Position numbers and translations under genes: made by a program. Shown one piece after another: positions 27,569 through 38,796 of a stretch of 64,000 nucleotides of DNA (positions are counted from its first letter, which is position 1; each line of letters starts with the position of its first letter). This stretch comes from an uncultured Gammaproteobacteria bacterium (GTDB taxonomy: Bacteria > Pseudomonadota > Gammaproteobacteria > Steroidobacterales > GCA-2729495). The stretch lies in the NCBI GenBank assembly GCA_963790015.1, contig CAWBMW010000017.1, forward strand, positions 14,252 through 78,251, in the 5' to 3' direction. Below the pieces are notes generated by a model, which saw only the letters and a program-made list of their open reading frames with translations, made no database searches and was not told the origin of the DNA.

Positions 27569-30220
27569 TCAGTCGAGGGGCGCCAGGAACGGGTCGTTGT
27601 AGTACTGGGCGCCGATGTCCACCCACTCGGAAAGCAGGCGCAGTTCCGCGGGCAGGAGTCTTCCGGCAGTGGGAGCCGCCCGCCGCGAAGCGGTTGAAGA
27701 AGGTGCCCGAGGCCAGCGCGCCGGCCGTGCTCATCGGGGGATTGACGCCCACGGGCGCGAACACGGGATCGCCGGTGACCGGATCCACGCCGACCTGGAC
27801 GAGGCGGTCCTGCAGGTTGCCCCCGTTCAGCTCCTGCTCGTTGTCGGCGGAGAAGAGCTCCCGGTAGGCCTTGAAGTGCGTCGCGTCGATGTCCGACGGG
27901 CCATTGGTGAGGTCCAGCTGCGCGGCAGGCACCCGCGCGGCCATGTTGGCGTCCACCGGCGAGTGGCAGCTGGTGCAGGTGTCGTCCGACAGCACCGTGA
28001 CGCCATCCACGTCCAGCGTCACCCGCGGCTTGGCCCAGAGCGGGTGGATGTGCGCCTCGTAGTGGAGCGTGATCCGGCAGCTCGGCGACCAGTCCGTGAG
28101 GCAGGAGCCGGGCGTGGGCAGTGGCGTCGTCAGGTCGGCGTAGCGGTACGCGAAGCTCGCGTCCTTCGCCCGCCCCGCCGCGACCGGGTCGGTCCAGATG
28201 TCGTCGTAGACCACGTCCACGCTCGGCGTGACCAGGGCGCAGTCCGTGGCGCAGCTGATCCGCTCCTTGACCTGGGCCATGGTCTCGCCGAAGTCGGCGA
28301 AGAACGCGGGCTCGGTGTTCGGGAACGGCTGGGCGTCGGCCGGAGCGCCTGCCCAGGCGCTGACGAAGGCGTCCTTCCGGCCGTGGGACACGTCACTCGT
28401 GGGGACGTGGCAGCCATTGCAGGTGAGCACCTCGCCCGGACGGACCTGCAGCCAGTTCTGGTGGCGGCTCGTGATGCGGCGGCCGTTCGCGGTCGAGCAC
28501 CGACAACGCCAGCGGCACGTTGGCGGGCACCTTCGCCACGACGGAGCCGTCCGGCTCCACCGGCACGTAGCCGAGGATCTCGCGCATGCCCTGGCCAGCG
28601 CTCACGCCAAAGGCGCTGTTGTCGAAGTCGCGCACGTCGTCGTCGGGCAGGGCCACCGCCTTCTCCAGGCGCAGGAAGCGGGCCGGCCGCTCGTCGGCGG
28701 TGGTCTGGGCCGGGTCGGCGAGGACGGCGATGTTCACGCCCGCGCCCGTCACCCCGTCGAAATCGTAGACGCTGCGGATGTCGATCAGGCCGGCACCCTC
28801 CGCCAGCAGGTCGGGGTCGGCGCTGCCCGTCGTGGCCAGGTCGTAGATGATCGGCGGCACCGCGCGGGGCTGGCCGGCGACGATGTCGCTGATCAGGATG
28901 CCCTCGACCGGCGCGAATATCGGCTGCTGCGTGTTCGCAACCCGATCGTAGATCCAGACGCCGTAGAGCGGCGGCGCGGCGACGACGTTCGGGTCAGCCA
29001 GCGCGGCGGCCGTGCAGGGAATGATCTGCAGCGTGGCGCTCAGCAGGCGGCACGGGCTCCAGCTGACGAACATGCGCTCCGTGCCGTCGAACAGCGGGTA
29101 GGCCGAGCTGAACTCGCCGCCCGGCGAGATCGTGTCGTCCGTCCGCACGTCGTTGACCACGAGCCGGGACTGGGCCGGGCCCGCGAGCAGGCCGGCGTTC
29201 GGCGCGGTGGGCTGCAGGTTCTCGACGTAATTCGCGGCCTCGATGGCCACCAGGTCACCGCCGGAGTCGTCCGTCCGGAACGGCCGGACGATGGTCAGGA
29301 TGCGACCGTCGGGCATCTCCCGCGGCTGGATGAACTGGACCGTGGCGCCGTCCGTGCCCGTAGCGTGGCTCTGGGCGCCGTAGTAGAGCTCCAGGCCCGA
29401 ACCGTCCGGGTTCATCCGGTACAGGTTCATCTCGTTGTTGCCCGCCGCGTTGTCCCAGCGGGTGAACACCACCTGCCCGTTCGTGAGCACCGTCGGGTCC
29501 AGGTCGTGGCTCTGGTTGAAGGAGACCTGGTGGACGTCGGAGCCGTCGTCGTTCATCACGTGCAGGACGAACGCGGGCTCGTTGCGGTCCTCGTCCTGGG
29601 CGTCGAACTGGGGCTTCCCCTCGTCCAGCAGCACGGCCTTCGACTGCCGTTGCCGCGTGGACGAGAAGACGATGCGCCCGTCCGGCAGGTAGTGCGGGGC
29701 CACGTCGTGGCCCGCCTCGGCGTTCAGGTCCGAGGGGATGATGCGGCGGAGCTCGTCGGTGGCGAGCGTGTACTCCCAGACGTTCCAGGTGGGCTGGTCC
29801 TCCTCCTGGGCGCCCTCGATGAAGGGACCGCGCATGGCGAAGACCACCTTCGAGCCGTCCCAGGCCATCTCCAGGTCACGGATGTCGTACAGGCCGCCAC
29901 CCTGCGTGATGCGGTTGGTGACGTTGATCTCGGCAGCGGAGACCGCGGCCCGCTCGCGCACGAAGAGGTCGGCGCCGACGTTGAAGGTGCGCAGCTCGCG
30001 CACGTCGGAGGGCTCGACGGCGCCCTGGTCATCGACGGGCACCGGCCGCTTGACGTAAGCAATGGCCACGTCAACGATGACCGGGTCGGGATCCTGTCCC
30101 GCCGCCCACGCCACCGCCGCCACCGCAGGCGGCCAGCGCGCTCGCCAGCAGACCGGCCAGAGACCTGGCCAGAAATCGAGCCGGCGCGCGTGCAAGCGCC
30201 GGCGACGGAATACTCCGCAT
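27569..30220 (-). CDS. ~880-aa lipoprotein with TolB/PD40-like beta-propeller repeats and two CxxCH motifs; at least 3 frame breaks (~30090, ~28420, ~27660)
   Basis: Lipobox LLASALAAC. PD40-like segments are PDGRIVFSSTR, NDDGSDVHQVSFN and MNPDGSGLELYY. It has CNGCH and CTSCH motifs. The C-terminus LLPAELRLLSEWVDIGAQYYNDPFLAPLD is in another frame. Confidence 0.7.
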
Positions 30221-30428
30221 CCTTGCAGTCATCATCATCCCCATCACGGCCTGCCCAAGAAAAGGCCGTGATGCATAAGAGCCGATGCGCGGCGCCCAAT
30301 TGCCCGCGAGATAACGTAATACAGCGACATTTCCACGAACCGTTAAGGCAGTCACAGAACCCCGGACTGCTCCCAAAGCTAAATGCATCCCGGCGCGCAA
30401 GGCGCCAGGCTTTTGGGATGGGCACAAC

Positions 30429-31645
30429 TTGATCACCTTGCTGTCAGGACGGCGCATTGCCGTCGCTACGTCGGCCCCGCGCGGGCGGGTCTTGAGCGCC
30501 ACGGCGCTGTCGGCCCTGCTGGTGCTGGCCGCTTCGTTGGCGTCAGCTACCGCGGACGCTGGCCCGCGCGAGCAGGCCCGGCGCATCCACGAGCGGCTGG
30601 CCGGCGTGCCGCCGACCGAGGCCGTGCTGGCCGACATGCAGGCGGACGTGGCCGGCAGCAACGCCACCGACGCGGCCTACACGGCCATGGACAACAGCAG
30701 CTTCTACAGCGTCACGCTGAAGAACTTCGCCGCGCCCTGGACAAATCGCGACCAGAGCGTCTTCGTGCCCCTGAATGACTACACGGCGACCGTCATCGGC
30801 ATGGTGCGCGACGACGTGCCCTTCAACACGCTGCTGTCGGCCAACCTGGTGTACGTCGGGACCGGCGGCGGGATTCCCGCCTACTCGCCCAGCCAACAAC
30901 GACCACTACCAGGCGCTGGAGGACCAGAATGCCGACCTGAAGACGCGGCTGACGGCCTCGAGCCAGACCGCCGTCAGCGGCCTGCCGGACTCGGCCACGG
31001 CCGGCGTGCTGACGACGCGCGCGGCCGCCGAGGCCTTCTTCGTCGCCGGCACGAACCGGGCGATGTTCCGCTTCACCCTGCTGAATCACCTGTGCCGCGA
31101 CATGGAGCAGGTGCTGGACACGCGGGGCGTGCCCGACCGGATCCGCCAGGACGTGTCGCCGAAGCCCGGGCGGCGACAGCCGCATCTTCCTGAACAACTG
31201 CATCGGCTGCCACATCGGCATGGACCCGCTGACCCAGGCCTTCGCCTACTACACCTTCGATCCGGTCCAGGGCCGCATCGTCTACACCCCGGGCGTGGTG
31301 CAGCCCAAGTACTTCAACAACGATGCCACCTTCCCGCACGGCTACCGCACGCCGGACGACCAGTGGAGCAACTACTGGCGCGCGGGCCAGAACGCCCTCC
31401 TCGGCTGGGACAGCCAGCTTCCGGGCAGCGGCGCCGGCGCCAAGTCCATGGGCCAGGAACTCGCCAACAGCACCGCCTTCGCGCGCTGCCAGGTCGAGAA
31501 GGTCTTCCGCAACGTGTGCCTGCGCTCGCCGGTGGATGGCACCGACCGCACGCAGATTGATTCGATGGTCAGTTCGTTCCGGTCCGGCGGCTACAGGCTG
31601 AAGCAGGTCTTTGCCGAGTCCGCTGCGTACTGCATGGGCGATTGA
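30429..31645 (+). CDS. secreted CxxCH-motif protein, DUF1588/DUF1585-like; frame breaks ~30895 and ~31190
   Basis: Signal ALSALLVLAASLASATA. CIGCHIGMDPLTQAFAYYTFD resembles the C..CH..DP.G motif of planctomycete-type PSCyt/DUF1588 proteins. Start codon uncertain (TTG at 30429). Confidence 0.6.
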
Positions 31646-31659
31646 ACGGAGGCTTGACG

Positions 31660-34154
31660 GTGAAAACGGAATCGGGATCGCGCCTGAAGGCGCTCCTACG
31701 GGCCTCGACCCTCGCCATCGCGGCTTCGGTCCTCGCCGCGTGCGGCGGCGGTGCCGGCACCGAGCGGCTGCCGCCGACGGGCGTCACGCCGCCGTCGACC
31801 TACACGGGCCCGGCGCCGCAGACCGTGGATATCCAGAACTTCATGAATGCCCTCTGGACGAACGTCCGGAACGGCGGCGTGGCGAACTGCTCGGCGTGCC
31901 ACGGCAACACCCAGTCACCGCTCTTCGCCCGGGACGACGACGTGAACCTGGCCTGGGCCGCGGCCGACCAGCTCGTCAATCGCACCGACCCCGGCCTGTC
32001 CACCATCGTCCAGAAGATGGCCGAAGGGCCACAACTGCTGGCTTGGCAGCAACCAGGCGGCCATCCAGGCCTGCGCGACGACGATGCAGACGTGGGTGGA
32101 GAACTGGGTCGCCGGCACGGCGAGCGGCGGCACGAAGACCATCCAGCTGGTTGCCCCGCCCCTCAAGGACGTGGGCCAGAGCCGCAACTTCCCGGCCGAC
32201 TCCGCGGGCTTCGCGGCCACGGTCTACCCGCTGGTGACCGAGTACTGCGCGGGCTGCCACAGCTCCTCCTCGGCCACCCAGCAGTCCCCGTTCTTTGCCG
32301 ACGAGGACGTGGAGACCGCCTACCAGGCCGTGAAGACCAAGATCAACCTCGACAGCCCGGAGAGCTCCCGGCTGGTGCTCCGCCTGCGCGACGAGTTCCA
32401 CAACTGCTGGGACAACTGCACGAGCAACGCCCAGGAGATGGAGGACGCCATCGCCGCCTATGCCGCGACGATCGACGTGACGTCCGTCGATCCGGCGCTG
32501 GTCATCAGCCGGGCGCTGACCATGTACGACGGGACCGTCGCGAGCGGCGGCAGCCGGTACGAGGCGGGCCAGATCGCCCTCTGGGAGTTCAAGGAAGGCA
32601 GCGGCACGACGGCCTTCGACACCAGCGGCGTCCAGCCGGCCATCAACCTGACGCTGTCGGGCGACATCGCCTGGGTCGGCGGCTGGGGCATCAACATCCG
32701 CAGCGGCCGGGCGCAGGGCTCGACCACCGCCAGCCGGAAGCTGCACGACCTGATCACGGCCACCGGCCAGTACAGCATCGAGGCCTGGGCGGCGCCCGCC
32801 AACGTGAACCAGGAGGAGGCGCGCATCGTCACCTACTCCGCCGGCTCCACGCTGCGCAACTTCACCATGGGCCAGACGCTGTACAGCTACGACTTCTTCA
32901 ACCGCAGCAGCACGTCGGACGCCAACGGCTCGCTGCTGCAGACCCTGGACGACGACGAGGACGCCCAGGCGACCCTCCAGCACGTCGTGATGACCTACGA
33001 CCCGGTCGCGGGCCGGCGCATCTACGTGAACGGCGTGTACACCGAGGACCCGGACACGGCCATGGGCGGCACCCTCGGCGACTGGGACGACACGTTCGCG
33101 CTGGTGCTCGGCAACGAGCCGTCCGGCGACCGGCAGTGGCAGGGCGTGCTGCGCATGGCCGCGGTCCACAACCGCGCACTGACGCCGGAGCAGGTCCAGC
33201 AGAACTTCGACGCCGGCGTCGGCGAGAAGTTCTTCCTGCTGTTCGACGTCGAGCGCCCACAGCGGCGCGGCGAGCAGCTACGTGCTCTTCGAGGTCAGCC
33301 AGTTCGACAGCTACAGCTACCTGTTCAACCGGCCGACCTTCGTCAGCCTGGATCCGGACTGGACGCCGTCGACGCCGATTCCGGTCCGCGGGCTGCGCAT
33401 CGGCGCCAACGGCGTGGTGCTGCCGATCAGCCAGGCCTACCGGAACCTGGACACGGCGGTCAGCGTGGCGAACGGCTACTCGGCCGCCACCGGCCAGGTG
33501 CTGTCGAGCCTCGGCACGGTGATCCCGCTGGAGAAGGGCCCGGACCAGGACGAGTTCTTCCTCACCTTCGAGGTGCTTCGGCAACAGCACCAACGTGGTG
33601 ACCGAGCCGGCACCCCTGACCCCGCCGCCGCCCGCGGACGGCGACCCCGTCTCCGACATCGGCGTGAAGACCTTCGACGAGATCAACGCCACCATGGCCG
33701 CGATCACCGGCGTCTCGCCGAACCAGCCGGCCGTGAAGGCCACCTTCGCGCTGGTCCGGCAGCAGCTGCCGGCGGTCGTCGACCTGAATGCCGTGCTGGC
33801 CTCGCACCAGGTGGGCATCGCCCAGCTGGCCATCGAGTACTGCAACGCGCTGGTGGAGGACGACGCGCTGCGGACCAGCCTGCTGGCGGCGGCTTCAACT
33901 TCAGCGCGCCGGCGAGCACGGCCTTCGACACGGGCCCGGAGCGGGACCAGATCTTCGTACCCGCTGCTGACGCGGGCCATGGGCACGAATCGTCGACCAG
34001 CCAGCCGGACGCATCGGCCGTCGCGACGGAACTCGACAACCTGACGACAGACCTGACGGCTTGCGGCGGGTCCTGCGCCGCAGACCGGACCGAGACGGTC
34101 GTGAAGGCAGCCTGCGCAGCCACGATCGGCAGCGCAGTGACGCTGGTGCAGTAG
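31660..34154 (+). CDS. ~830-aa lipoprotein with two CxxCH motifs and a LamG (concanavalin-like) domain; at least 4 frame breaks
   Basis: GGAGG at 31648, then GTG at 31660. Signal (M)KTESGSRLKALLRASTLAIAASVLAAC. Motifs CSACH and CAGCH. The LamG-like block is IEAWAAPANVNQEEARIVTYS...LQHVVMTYDPVAGRRIYVNGVY...WQGVLRMAAVHNRALTPEQV. The TAG stop is in a REP. Confidence 0.7.
31678..31699. repeat. GTAG-type REP, single arm (encodes the signal-peptide n-region SRLKALL)
   Basis: TCGCGCCTGAAGGCGCTCCTAC. Confidence 0.75.
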
Positions 34155-34172
34155 GAGCGCCTTCAGGCGCGA
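34151..34172. repeat. GTAG-type REP, single arm
   Basis: GTAGGAGCGCCTTCAGGCGCGA. Confidence 0.75.
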
Positions 34173-34188
34173 ACCGTAGGCAACGGAC

Positions 34189-35789
34189 ATGGCACGCAAG
34201 AAGACCCGCAACTACTTCGAGCCGCAACGGCACCCCGATCATCCGCGGCCCATCACGCGCCGGCAGCTGATCGCCCAGGGCTTCATGGCCGGGACGGCGA
34301 CCGTGGTCGGCGCCGGCGTCTTCAGCCTGTTCGCCAACCCGCGGGCGGCCTACGCCGCGCTCGCCCCGGACCTGGAGGCGCTGAAGGCCTCCTGCGGCAT
34401 CGCCACCCAGGGCGCCGGCAAGATCCCGTTCATCTGCTTCGACCTGGCGGGCGGCGCCAACATGGCCGGCTCCAACGTGCTCGTCGGCGGCGCCGGCGGC
34501 CAGCTCGACTTCCTCTCCACCGCGGGCTACAGCAAGCTCGGCCTGCCCGGCGACATGATCCCGCCGGTCGTGAGCGCGATCACCCAGCAGGATCACGTCG
34601 ACCAGACCCTGGGCCTCGCCTTCCACAGCGACAGCGCCTTCCTGCGCGGCATGCTCATGGCACGTGTCGGCCGGCACCGCCGCCGACATCAACGGCGCCG
34701 TCATCCCGGCCCGGTCGGAGAACGACACCGGCAACAACCCGCACAACCCCATGTACGGCATCGCCCGCGCCGGCGCCGACGGCTCGCTGCTCGGCCTGAT
34801 CGGCTCGCGCAACGCCGACTCCGGCGGCAACTCCATGGCGCCCGTGATGATGATCAACCCCGAGGACCGGCCCACGAAGGTGGACCGGCCGAGCGACGTG
34901 ACCGGCCTGGTGGACACGGGCGCCCTCGTGGGCCTGCTGAACCAGGCGGACGCGGTGAAGGTGCTCGAGTCCATCCAGCGCGTCAGCGACATGAAGCTGC
35001 AGCGCGTGGACACCCGGCTCGACGGTGACCCAGGACGACGTGATCAAGGACCTGGTGAACTGCGGCTACGTGAAGTCGGCGGACATCGCGGACCGCTTCG
35101 GCGATCCGTCGAGCCTGAATCCGTCCATCGACCCGGACATCGTCGGCCCGACCGGCATCTTCAGCCAGGCCGAGTTCGACAGGCAGCGACGAGTTCCGGA
35201 AGACCGCGTCGGTGATGAAGCTGGTGATCAACGGCTTCGCCGGCGCCGGCACGCATCACGATGGGCGGCTACGACTACCACGGCGGCCGCCGGGCCGAGG
35301 GCGAGGTGAAGGACTTCCGCGCCGGGCGCTGCATGGGCGCCTGCCTCGAGTACGCCGCGCGCGTCGGCGTGCCGCTGATGATGTACGTGTTCAGCGACGG
35401 CTCGCTGTCCAGCGACGGCGCGATCGACGACTACGGTCGACGGCCGCGGCAAGGGCGAGTGGACCAGCGACAACCAGTCCACCGCCGCGTCGTTCTTCCT
35501 GGTCTACAACCCGGCTGGGCGGCCACGCTGCTGGGCGGCACGCCCGACGCGAGCAGGCGCAGGCACCAGCAGCTCGGCTACATGCGCCGCGACGGTTCGG
35601 TGGAGACCGCGGCGCACACCGGCGGCCAACAACGTCAACCTGCTGGTGGAGACGGTGCTGCTCAACTACATGGCGCTGCACGGCGAACAGGGCAACTTTG
35701 CCACGCTGTTCCCGGGCCACGGCCTCGGGTCGCCGGCACTGCGCGACTCGCTGACGGCCTTCGAGCCGATCGTCAACGGCACGATCTAG
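34189..35789 (+). CDS. Tat-signal secreted protein, DUF1501-like (alkaline-phosphatase-superfamily fold suspected); at least 5 frame breaks
   Basis: Twin-arginine signal ITRRQLIAQGFMAGTATVVGAGVF. The pieces IPFICFDLAGGANMAGSN, MGGYDYHGG and PLMMYVFSDGSLSSDG are spread over three frames. The C-terminus is ...LTAFEPIVNGTI. Confidence 0.6.
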
Positions 35790-35794
35790 ATCCC

Positions 35795-35883
35795 GTAGGA
35801 GCGCCTTCAGGCGCGACCGGGTTCCCATCAGCTCGCGGACACGCTCACGCGGGAATCCCGGTCGCGCCTGAAGGCGCTCCTAC
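35795..35883. repeat. GTAG-type REP, composite 89-bp hairpin
   Basis: GTAGGAGCGCCTTCAGGCGCGACCGGGTTCCC...GGGAATCCCGGTCGCGCCTGAAGGCGCTCCTAC. Confidence 0.9.
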
Positions 35884-35913
35884 GGGCGCACTGACCGCAG
35901 TGCCATAATCGGC

Positions 35914-37285
35914 ATGCCGCACCCGGTGTCACCGCCCTCCTCGCCTGCCCCCGCTGCGAGGTCGCCGTCCGTCAGTACCCGGACGCGAGCTTCGGCTGCA
36001 GCGGCTGCGGGCTCAAGTTCCCGTCGCTGGCCGGGGTGCCGTGCCTGTTCGCAGAGCCGGCGGCGACACTGGCCGAGTGGCGCCAGCGGCTGAAGTTCTT
36101 CGCTCGAGAAGCTGGCACAGGACGCCGCGGGCGTGCAGGCCGAGTTGCAGAACCCGCGGCTGCGGCCCCTCACGCGGGAGCGGCTGACGCTGCAGAACCG
36201 GGCCTGCGGCGACCAGGCGCGGCGGCTCGCGGAACTGCTGTCACCGCTGGCGCTCCAGGGCTGGCCAGGCCGGCCTGGCCACCCACCTGGCGCTGCAGAC
36301 GCGGCTGCCGACCGACCAGGGCCTCACCACCTATTACCCGAACATCCACCGGGACTGGGCCTGGGGCGACACGGAGAACGCGGAGTCGCTGCAGCTCGTC
36401 GTGGGCGCGCTCGGCGGGACGGCGCCCGGCAACCTGGTGGTCCTGGGCGCCGGTGCGGGCCGCCTGGCCTACGACCTGCACCAGCAGCTGCCGGCGGACA
36501 ACACTGTCGCGCTGGACTTCAATCCGTTGCTGGCCCTGGTGGCCGCGCGAGCCGTGTCCGGCGAGGGCGTGGAACTCTGGGAGTTTCCGGTCGCGCCCCG
36601 CTCCATCGGCGACCACGCCGTGCTGCGGACCCTGGTGGCGCCGGAGCCGGTGCGGGACGGCTTCCACCTGATCCTGGGCGACGTGCTGCGCCCCCCGCTG
36701 GTCGCCGGGAGCATCGACGTGGTCGTGACGCCCTGGGTGGTGGACATCCTCCCGGAGGACTTCCGCCACTTCGCAGCCCGGGTGAACGGGCTGCTGAAGC
36801 CCGGCGGCCGCTGGATCAGCTTCGGGTCCCTCGCGTTCAGCCAGCCCGAGGCCGCCTGCCGCTACAGCCTGGAGGAGGTCCTCGCCATCGTCATGGACAG
36901 CGGCTTTGCCGAGCCCGACGTCCGGGAGGATGAGATTCCTTATATGTGCTCGCCGGCCAGCCGCCACGGGCGGCGGGAGCTCGTGGTGACGATCGGCGCG
37001 ACGAAGGAACAGTCCGTGGCCAAGCCGCCCCGGCACCGGGCGCTGCCGGACTGGCTCGTGGCAGGAACGCAGCCCGTGCCGCTGCTGCCCGCCTTCCAGC
37101 TGCAGGCCATGACCACGCGGATCTACGGCTTCATCATGGGGCTGATCGACGGCCGCCGGTCGGTGGCCGACATGGCCAAGCTGCTGGCGGACCAGCGGCT
37201 GATGACGCGGGAAGAAGCGGAACCGGCCATCCGCACCTTCCTGACAAAGATGTACGAAGACAGCCAGCGCCCCCCCGGCTTCTGA
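35914..37285 (+). CDS. class I SAM-dependent methyltransferase with N-terminal Trm112-like zinc ribbon and extra C-terminal domain; ~3 frame breaks (~35925, ~36095, ~36265)
   Basis: Zinc ribbon LLACPRCEVAVRQYPDASFGCSGCGLKFPSLAGVPCLF and SAM motif I VVLGAGAGRLAYDL. The intact 294-aa C-terminal frame is 36401-37285. Confidence 0.7.
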
Positions 37286-37397
37286 AATAGAAAAGGTACC
37301 GGACACTTAGTTCTGTTAGTTGTCGGGGTTTGGTCCCGCAATGCTGCGGTACACCCCGACAACTAACAGAACTAAGTGTCCGGTACCTTTTCTATTT
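37285..37397. repeat. 113-bp perfect hairpin (44-bp arms, 25-nt loop), low GC; MITE-like or bidirectional terminator
   Basis: The left arm AAATAGAAAAGGTACCGGACACTTAGTTCTGTTAGTTGTCGGGG (37285-37328) is the exact reverse complement of 37354-37397. The element touches the stop codons of both convergent genes. Confidence 0.9.
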
Positions 37398-38796
37398 AGC
37401 GCCGGATCAGGGGAAGGTCCCCAATGCGGGTTTTCGGCAGCAGCACCGCGATTTCGGCGCCGCCCAGGGCCGAGCGGCCCAGGCGCAGACTGCCGCCGTA
37501 GAGGCCCACGATCTCCCGCACGACGGCCAGGCCAATGCCCTGGCCGGGCACGTCGCCGCGCTGGTCCACACGAATGCCCCGGTTCAGCACGGCCTCCGTC
37601 TGGTCCTCCGGAATCCCCGGACCGTCATCCGCGACGGTCACCGACAGCCCACCCGCCGCCACCTCCACCGTCACGACGACCCGGCTGCGGCACCACTTCC
37701 AGGCGTTGTCGAGCAGGTTGCCGAGGATCTCGTAGAGGTCGCCCTGCTCGGCCGGATAGCTGGCGCCCTCCGGCACCTGCAGGTCGCAGGCCACGTCCCG
37801 GTCGCGATGAATCTTGCGGAGGCTCGCCACCAGTTCCGTCAGCACCGGCTGGAGCGCCACGGGCCGGGCGGCGAGGCTGCGGGGTCCCGTGGCCGCAGCC
37901 CGCTTCAGCTGGTAATCGATCACGCTCTGCATGCGATCCACCTGCGCCTGCAGCGCGACCCGATCGGGCTGGCCACCACTCACCTCGTTGCGCACCACCG
38001 CCAGCGGCGTCTTCAGGCTGTGCGCGAGGTCATCCATGGTGGTCCGGTAACGCTCCATGCGCTGGCGCTCCGAGCGCAGCAGCGTGTTGAAGCCGCGTCC
38101 GACCCCCTCCAGTTCCCGCGGGTACTCCTCGCTGAGCGCCTCGCGCCCGCCCTTCTCGATCTCCGCGATCTCGCTGGACATCCGCCGCAGCGGCTGGAGG
38201 CCGAAGCGGATGGCCAGCCAGAGCGCGGCGAGGAGCACGAACATGACGCTGGAGAACCAGCCGAGCAGCTGCCGGCGGAACTGGTCCAGCTGGCGCTCGG
38301 ACGCGGCGAGGTCCGCCGCCGTGAACACCTGGAACGCCGGCGTGGCGGCGGGCCCCAGTTCCCAGTTGATCGCCACACCGAGGAGCAGCGCCCGCGTGCC
38401 GTCGGCCAGCCGGCGGCGCGTGAGCGTGCGCTGGCCTGCGTTCAGCGTGGCGCCGGTGGCGAGGTCGAGGCCCACGGCGGACGGGGAGCGCCACAACGGC
38501 AGGCCGGAGGCATCGAGGATCTCGGCATACAGTCCCGACCCGGGGTTGGCGAGGCGCGGCTCGAGCAGCCGGTCGGGGATCGTCAGGTTGCCCGCGTCGT
38601 CGGGCTCGACGGCGCCGATCAGCGCCGAAACCTGGGTTTCCAGCTGGTCGGCCAGCGCCTGCTCGGCGCTGCGGCGGAAGACGATGTCGAGGACGACGAT
38701 GGTGCCGCCGAAGGCGGCCACCAGCATCACGGCGGTGATGACCAGGAGTCGCGTGCTGAGGGAGCCCGGCCGGCCAGACATCCGGCTCTGTCTCAA
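37396..38796 (-). CDS. sensor histidine kinase (PhoQ/QseC-like: 2 TM, periplasmic domain, HAMP, HisKA, HATPase_c)
   Basis: Intact 466 aa. H-box DDLAHSLKTPLA, N-box LLDNAWKW, G-boxes DDGPGIP / GQGIGLAV. Confidence 0.9.
   Translation of the reverse strand: MRQSRMSGRPGSLSTRLLVITAVMLVAAFGGTIVVLDIVFRRSAEQALADQLETQVSALIGAVEPDDAGNLTIPDRLLEPRLANPGSGLYAEILDASGLPLWRSPSAVGLDLATGATLNAGQRTLTRRRLADGTRALLLGVAINWELGPAATPAFQVFTAADLAASERQLDQFRRQLLGWFSSVMFVLLAALWLAIRFGLQPLRRMSSEIAEIEKGGREALSEEYPRELEGVGRGFNTLLRSERQRMERYRTTMDDLAHSLKTPLAVVRNEVSGGQPDRVALQAQVDRMQSVIDYQLKRAAATGPRSLAARPVALQPVLTELVASLRKIHRDRDVACDLQVPEGASYPAEQGDLYEILGNLLDNAWKWCRSRVVVTVEVAAGGLSVTVADDGPGIPEDQTEAVLNRGIRVDQRGDVPGQGIGLAVVREIVGLYGGSLRLGRSALGGAEIAVLLPKTRIGDLPLIRR

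Noticed and set aside
28228-30432. 734-aa '+' ORF
   Set aside because: It is antisense to the PD40/CxxCH lipoprotein and has shadow composition (Arg/Gly/Val/Asp runs).
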